A stretch of DNA of 62,645 bases, taken from the IMG/VR virus record IMGVR_UViG_3300028883_000508, positions 1 to 62,645 of that record; one strand, given 5' to 3'. Below the pieces are notes generated by a model, which worked only from the letters and a program-made list of their open reading frames with translations, ran no database searches and was not told the DNA's origin. This DNA comes from a virus. Its lineage: Duplodnaviria; Caudoviricetes. The number at the start of each line of letters is the position of its first letter. The first letter of the stretch is position 1. Positions 57,319 to 62,645 of the stretch are shown here, piece by piece. The translations under genes were made by a program, and so were the position numbers.

Positions 57319-58267
57319 TATAGAAATTAAAGATTTAGGAATAAAAGCAGGAATGACGAGTAATCAAATAAACAAATTAAAAAATAAAAAAAGGAATAAT
57401 TTACTTAAAAAAGATATACCCAAAAAAGATATACCTAAAGTTAAAACAGAAAAACTACCTTCTGCCCGTATTTTAAATTTGAAAAAAGATTAATATGATG
57501 AAAGAGATTTTAAATTATCTTCAATTGCATATGGTTTACCTACAAAAAAAGATTATACATCTCAAATGAGTTCTGTTAAGGATCAGAAATCATTAGGTAG
57601 TTGTGTTGGTTTTGCTGTAACAGCAATGAAAGAATGGCAGGAACAACAAGAGCATTTGAGAGAAGTTAAAAAAGGTAAAAAATATAAAAGAGAAGAAGAT
57701 CATTATGATTTATCAGAAGCATGGGTTTATTGGAAGTGTAAAGAAATTGATCCTTGGCCCAATCAAGAAGGAACGAGCATTAGATGTGCCATGCAAGTTC
57801 TTAATAAAATTGGTATTCCTTGTGAGAATGCATATTCATATAGTGATAAATACAAAGGTGAACCTAAATCATGGGCAAAACTTATTGCTAAATGGGGATT
57901 AATTAAATCATATTATAGATGTTCTGATTTAAATGCTCTTAAAACTGCTTTAGCAAATAATGGACCAGTTGTTATTGGTATAGCTTGTTTTAGAGAAATT
58001 TTTTATGTAGGTGATAATGGTAATGTTCCATATCCTAAAAATCCTAATGAGTTATTAGGGGGTCATGCTATTTGTGCTGTTGGATATGATGATAATACAC
58101 AAAAAATAAAATTTAAAAATAGTTGGGGAACTAAATGGGGTCAAAATGGATATGGATATATTTCATATAGTTATATTAGAGATTTTATGTGGGATTCTTG
58201 GGTGGCAAGGGATTTGAGAGTAGATACTAAAATTCTTAGAGAAAGAGCAAAAGATGAATTAATATAA
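57311..58267 (+). pseudogene. Papain-like C1 cysteine peptidase interrupted by an in-frame TAA at 57491-57493
   Basis: LKKD*YDERDF...LPTKKDY...VKDQKSLGSCVGFA, GGHAICAVGYDD, KNSWGTKWG all in one frame. Confidence 0.7.
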
Positions 58268-58285
58268 ATTGTGGGGGGAAAAATT

Positions 58286-59224
58286 ATGACTGTAACTAGA
58301 TCTTTTGTTAAGAGTTTACCAAAAGGTTCAAAGAAAGATCATTATGCTTATATTCTTAATGATATGATGAAGAATGATAAATGGGCAATGAAAGCATTTA
58401 AAAAAGTTGGTGTTTTGTTAACTTCTCATCCAGGCAATAGACCATTTTTAAAAGCATCATTAGAAAGTCATAAGAAATTAGGATTTTGGACAACATTAGT
58501 ATATGATAATTATTTTGATCCGAATAATCAGCAAATATCATATGAACAATGTATGCCAAAAAGAGATGTTTATGATATGGTAGATACTTTTTTAATACCT
58601 CATCATCAAACATGGGGTGGTGTTCTTTATCCTTATTTTTGGCTACTTTATTTTGGAGTTCATACTATGGGGTCATTTGAGTATATATTTTGTTCTAATG
58701 GTGATTGTATTCTTGAAAAACCTGAAGGATTTCCTAAAATTATGGAAATGTTAGGTGATGGGGATATAATGGGATGTGGATATGAAAATAATAATGGCAG
58801 AGAATTATTTAATACTACTTCTTTTATAGCTAAGACTTCAGCTATTCAAAAAATAATGATTCATTTTAGGGATCATTTAATTGGTATTGATAAATATGAA
58901 AAATATGCAGAAAGATTAGGTAATACTGAAGGTAGATTTGCTATTGCAATAAAAGAATTAGGTTTGAAAATTAAGAAAGTACCAAAAAATCCTGTTAATA
59001 CTCAGGTAAATAAACCAGGAGGGACTTGGTATGATATATTAGGATTTAGACATATTCATGGTGAATGGAATAATGCATATAGAAGAAAACAGATTCCACC
59101 CCATCCAAAATATATTGATGATAGATATATTACAGCTAAAGTTAATTTATGTAAAGAATACTATAAAGAAAAAGATGAAAAAAAGAAAAATAAAATACTT
59201 CAAAAATGGTGGGGAACAAGATAA
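58286..59224 (+). CDS. Putative GT-A glycosyltransferase, paralog of 56248-57318
   Basis: VLLTSH, YIFCSNGDCI, LGDGDIM, TWYDILGFR. Confidence 0.5.
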   Translation: MTVTRSFVKSLPKGSKKDHYAYILNDMMKNDKWAMKAFKKVGVLLTSHPGNRPFLKASLESHKKLGFWTTLVYDNYFDPNNQQISYEQCMPKRDVYDMVDTFLIPHHQTWGGVLYPYFWLLYFGVHTMGSFEYIFCSNGDCILEKPEGFPKIMEMLGDGDIMGCGYENNNGRELFNTTSFIAKTSAIQKIMIHFRDHLIGIDKYEKYAERLGNTEGRFAIAIKELGLKIKKVPKNPVNTQVNKPGGTWYDILGFRHIHGEWNNAYRRKQIPPHPKYIDDRYITAKVNLCKEYYKEKDEKKKNKILQKWWGTR

Positions 59225-59238
59225 AATTGTTATTTATT

Positions 59239-59246
59239 TATAAATA
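59239..59246 (+). promoter_or_regulatory. T4-type late promoter TATAAATA
   Basis: Exact match upstream of the structural-like genes. Confidence 0.6.
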
Positions 59247-59266
59247 CTAATTAGAGGTTTTATATT

Positions 59267-59503
59267 ATGATAGTTTTTTCAGGAAGCAGGTTAAAAGCAA
59301 CAGACGTAGATGGTAATACTCAATCTATTGGTGTTGTTGGTCAAGAACAAGATGAACTTAAAGTTGCTGATGATATTAATAGAGAACTTCTTTATACTAT
59401 TATAAAAGAATTAAAAATTCTTAATTATCATATGTCTATAATGACAGATAATATTATAACTGAAAGAGATATAGATTCAGAAATGAGTAAAATTTTTAGG
59501 TAA
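59267..59503 (+). CDS. Putative virion protein
   Basis: First gene after the late promoter. Confidence 0.55.
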   Translation: MIVFSGSRLKATDVDGNTQSIGVVGQEQDELKVADDINRELLYTIIKELKILNYHMSIMTDNIITERDIDSEMSKIFR

Positions 59504-59515
59504 TGGAGATATAAA

Positions 59516-60076
59516 ATGATAAAAGATGGAACAGGAAAAGGCTATTTAGCAAAAGTTGATAGTAAAAATCGTTTAAGATGTTATGTAGTTATTGAAGATG
59601 AAGCTTCATATATAAACAGAATAGAAAAAGAATCATATTCAGTTACTTTTAGTGGGGCTATTAGTGCTTCATCTGCTGATAATTTTGTTTTTTATATTAA
59701 AAATACTCATGATTCTAAAGATATGGTTATTAAAAGAATCAAACATCGTTGTAGTGGTGATAATGGTACTGTTAGTTTTTGGTTAAATGTTTCAGGGACT
59801 CCTGGTGGAAGTTTGACTACTATTACTCCTTCAAATAGAAATGCTATTTCTAATAATGCTGCTAATTGTACTGTTTATAAGAGTTCTAATATAACAGGTT
59901 TGAGTGGTGGTAGGCAAGTAGGTAGTGTATTTGGTAAAGATGGAGAAGAATTTGAAATGGTTGATCCTTGTTCTGGATTTATTATTCCACCTAACGGGGT
60001 TTTTGCTTTGAAAGTAAATAATACTACTGCTTCTCATTATGGTGGTGTTTCAATTTATTTTAGAGATGTAGAATAA
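59516..60076 (+). CDS. Putative virion structural protein (paralog family)
   Basis: MIKDGTGKGYLAKVDSKNRL; YIKNT; GLSGG. Confidence 0.6.
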   Translation: MIKDGTGKGYLAKVDSKNRLRCYVVIEDEASYINRIEKESYSVTFSGAISASSADNFVFYIKNTHDSKDMVIKRIKHRCSGDNGTVSFWLNVSGTPGGSLTTITPSNRNAISNNAANCTVYKSSNITGLSGGRQVGSVFGKDGEEFEMVDPCSGFIIPPNGVFALKVNNTTASHYGGVSIYFRDVE

Positions 60077-60091
60077 AAAGGAGATATAAAA

Positions 60092-60649
60092 ATGGGGTTA
60101 TTAATAGAAGATGGTAAGGGAAGGGGATATACAGCAGAAGTAAATCGTAATAATCAATTAAAAATTTCATCGGCGGCATATACTATTGAGCATTATATTA
60201 ATCATCAAAAGGGTAGAGCATTTACAATGTCTGTTGAAGTATCTGCTTCTGCTGATGATGCATGTGTTATTTATATTAAAAATACATCTTCTATATATGA
60301 TTTAGTAATAGAAGGGATATGGATATATGTGTCTGGTGCATGTGAAGTATATGCAAAATTAAATGATGATGGTACACCTACAAGTACAACTAATATATCT
60401 CCTGTCAATTTAAATACTTCTTCTGGTGTTTCTTCTGAAGGAGATTTTTATAGAGGAAATAATATTGGTGGTTTATCTGGTGGGGATGAAATAGTTAGAT
60501 TAAAGTTTACTGCTGAAACACAAACAACATATTTTAATTATGATCAAGATGTTATTCTTGGTAATAATGGAGTACATACTATTTATGTTGAACCAAATGG
60601 TACTAATATAATAGTATCCTTACCTTTTAATTATCATAGGACAGATTAA
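60092..60649 (+). CDS. Putative virion structural protein (paralog family)
   Basis: LIEDGKGRGYTAEVNRNNQL; YIKNT; GLSGG. Confidence 0.6.
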   Translation: MGLLIEDGKGRGYTAEVNRNNQLKISSAAYTIEHYINHQKGRAFTMSVEVSASADDACVIYIKNTSSIYDLVIEGIWIYVSGACEVYAKLNDDGTPTSTTNISPVNLNTSSGVSSEGDFYRGNNIGGLSGGDEIVRLKFTAETQTTYFNYDQDVILGNNGVHTIYVEPNGTNIIVSLPFNYHRTD

Positions 60650-60655
60650 TAGATT

Positions 60656-61786
60656 ATGTCAATGGATATAAAAATAATAAATGGAAGGGGTAATAAATCT
60701 AAAGCATCTGTTTCTGATGATGGATTTTTAAGAGTTGATACTAAACCATATTATGAATATAAAAATGCTGTAAGGTATTTTGTGAATAATACATATGGTA
60801 GAAATATGAATATTAATGCTTCTCCATCGGCAAGTACAAATGAAGATATTCATAATGGTGAAGATGATACTTATTGGACAGCATCCGTTATCGAAGGTGG
60901 TACTTTGGATTTTGATTTTTCAAGTACAGATCAAAGCTATAATGGAACCCAATCTTTTCGATGGAATGCTGAAGATGGAGATATTGCTCAATTTTTACAT
61001 CCAGGTGGTGTTGATTTAGATTTAAGTAGTTTTATAGAGTTGAGTGGGTATGTATATTTTAATGATTGGGATCAAACTGGTGTGAAAGAAGTATTATTTT
61101 ATGGATATGATACTGGTACTGATTCTATAATAGGTAATACAGTAAATTTGGCAGATTATATTAATACATTAGATTTAAACCAATGGCAACCTTTTATTAT
61201 TCCACTTTCTGATATGGGTCTTTCAGGTGAAACAATTAATGCTATAAGAACAGAAATTGTTGAATCTGGCCCAGGTGGACCACCAAGGGGATATCTTGAT
61301 GATTTTGAATTAATAGGATTAAAAGAAGGGTTAATAAGTCCAGTAGATTATATATTATCTCCTAGAAAAGGAGAATATTTATCAGTTGAAACATTAAATT
61401 TTATATTTGTTAATTCTTATGATTCAAGTTTATTAAATGGAACTATGAATAATTTGTCATATGATAATATTATTGGATATAAACCTATAAATGGCATTCT
61501 TTATAGAAGATTTTCTGAAGAAGTTTTAGAATTTAATATAATATTGAGAAGTTTATTTGATTTTCTTTCAATTCCAGACCTTTATATAACAGATTCCATG
61601 TGTGATGGAACAGATACACTTTTAAAAATGACATATTCATTTATTGAATCAGGAATTTTGAAAGATTCAAAAAAAGATTATATTTCTTTAAGATTGGCAG
61701 ACGATTTTAGTAATTTTAAACAATTTAGGGTATCTGCTGGATGTAAATCAAGATCAGAAAAATATATACAGGATAGGATAGAATAA
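60656..61786 (+). CDS. Putative virion protein with carbohydrate-binding-like beta domain
   Basis: Related N-terminus IINGRGNKSKASVSDDGFL; WQPFIIPLSD...YLDDFEL. Confidence 0.55.
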   Translation: MSMDIKIINGRGNKSKASVSDDGFLRVDTKPYYEYKNAVRYFVNNTYGRNMNINASPSASTNEDIHNGEDDTYWTASVIEGGTLDFDFSSTDQSYNGTQSFRWNAEDGDIAQFLHPGGVDLDLSSFIELSGYVYFNDWDQTGVKEVLFYGYDTGTDSIIGNTVNLADYINTLDLNQWQPFIIPLSDMGLSGETINAIRTEIVESGPGGPPRGYLDDFELIGLKEGLISPVDYILSPRKGEYLSVETLNFIFVNSYDSSLLNGTMNNLSYDNIIGYKPINGILYRRFSEEVLEFNIILRSLFDFLSIPDLYITDSMCDGTDTLLKMTYSFIESGILKDSKKDYISLRLADDFSNFKQFRVSAGCKSRSEKYIQDRIE

Positions 61787-61799
61787 AAGAAAATTTATT

Positions 61800-62645
61800 A
61801 TGGTTAGTGTAAATAAAGGAGAAAATATAGAATTATCCCTTCAGCTTATAAAAAGTGATGGTATAAGTGTAGAAGAAGAAGCAACTATTTCATATAGAAT
61901 ATTTGATTTTTCTGCTACAGTTGAATTGGTTTCATCTCAAACTGCTTCTTATAATTCTGTTACTCAATCATATGTTGATACATTAATTCCAAGTTCATCA
62001 TGGATAAATCAAGAAGTTGGACATTATTTAATAATTTGGTCTGTTGCTGATACTACTGATGATTTCAATTCTGTTTATACTGAACAATTGAATATAGATA
62101 TAGATGAAGCTAATATTACTGAAATAAATACTAATATTCTTTCAGCTTCAGCAAATATAATAAGTGATATTGATGTTCTTTCTGGATTGATTTCTACTAT
62201 TAATGATGATCTTAAAAGATTACTTGGATTGACACATGAGAATATTTTTATTGATAATCCAACATATGATAGTGATTGTAATTTGGTTTCAGCTAGAGTG
62301 AGAATTTATTCTAATGCTGCTTCGGTAGGTACTGGAAGTAATGTTATTGGAATATATCAAATAAATTCACCATCTTCTGCTCCTGGTAAGTTTATTACTT
62401 GGGAACAGATAAGAATTTCAAGCAGTTCAAGTAGTTCTTCAAGTTCTGAAAGTTCATCTTCAATTAGTAGTTCAAGCTCTGAATCAAGTTCTTCTTCTTC
62501 AAGCTCTGAATCAAGTTCTTCTTCTTCAAGCTCTGAATCAAGTTCTTCTTCTTCAAGCTCTAAAAGTTCAAGTTCTTCTTCAAGCTCTAAAAGTTCAAGT
62601 TCTTCTTCAAGCTCTAAAAGTTCTAGTAGCAGTTCAAAATCAAGT
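61800..62645 (+). CDS. Putative virion protein with poly-Ser tract (partial; absent from the ORF track)
   Basis: ATG 61800, MVSVNKGENIELSLQL..., open to the window end; Ser tract from about 62418. Confidence 0.75.
   Translation, partial: MVSVNKGENIELSLQLIKSDGISVEEEATISYRIFDFSATVELVSSQTASYNSVTQSYVDTLIPSSSWINQEVGHYLIIWSVADTTDDFNSVYTEQLNIDIDEANITEINTNILSASANIISDIDVLSGLISTINDDLKRLLGLTHENIFIDNPTYDSDCNLVSARVRIYSNAASVGTGSNVIGIYQINSPSSAPGKFITWEQIRISSSSSSSSSSESSSSISSSSSESSSSSSSSESSSSSSSSESSSSSSSSKSSSSSSSSKSSSSSSSSKSSSSSSKSS
62418..62645 (+). repeat. Poly-Ser coding tandem repeats
   Basis: TCAAGTTCTTCTTCTTCAAGCTCTGAA-type 27-bp units. Confidence 0.85.

Noticed and set aside
1-62645. Stop-codon reassignment
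   Set aside because: Core genes are full length in code 11, TAA, TAG and TGA all end genes, no suppressor tRNA was seen, and only one internal TAA was found
1-62645. Bacterial chromosome or integrated prophage
   Set aside because: Host-like genes are interleaved with T4-like core genes at similar composition; no integrase or att site was seen in this window

Overview
62.6 kb of a very AT-rich, large T4-like (gp20/21/22/23-type) tailed phage genome, standard genetic code. Genes mostly diverge from about 37.6-38.4 kb, where a lambda-O-like winged-helix gene, three 21-bp iterons and stacked palindromes suggest a replication origin. Left arm (mostly minus strand): clamp loader and clamp, a four-gene ubiquitin-like conjugation operon (Ubl, E2-like, E1/ThiF, JAB), Holliday junction resolvase, RNase H, intein-containing NrdJ, primase, SqdB, three tRNAs, an intein-split radical SAM/SPASM enzyme beside a Cys-rich virion-like protein, the head module with candidate internal proteins, a gp16-like small terminase and a prkA-yeaH-spoVR operon. 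Right arm (plus strand): dNMP kinase, small genes behind a sigma54-type promoter, HU, tRNA-Pro, a stand-alone PgpH-like HD domain, a secreted N/Q-repeat protein, gp32, a large glycosyl/methyl/amino/sulfo-transferase cluster, a C1 peptidase split by an in-frame stop, and late structural genes ending in a poly-Ser tract. The strongest candidate for an undescribed system is the phage-encoded ubiquitin-like operon. All family calls come from motif recognition by eye; no database searches were run.
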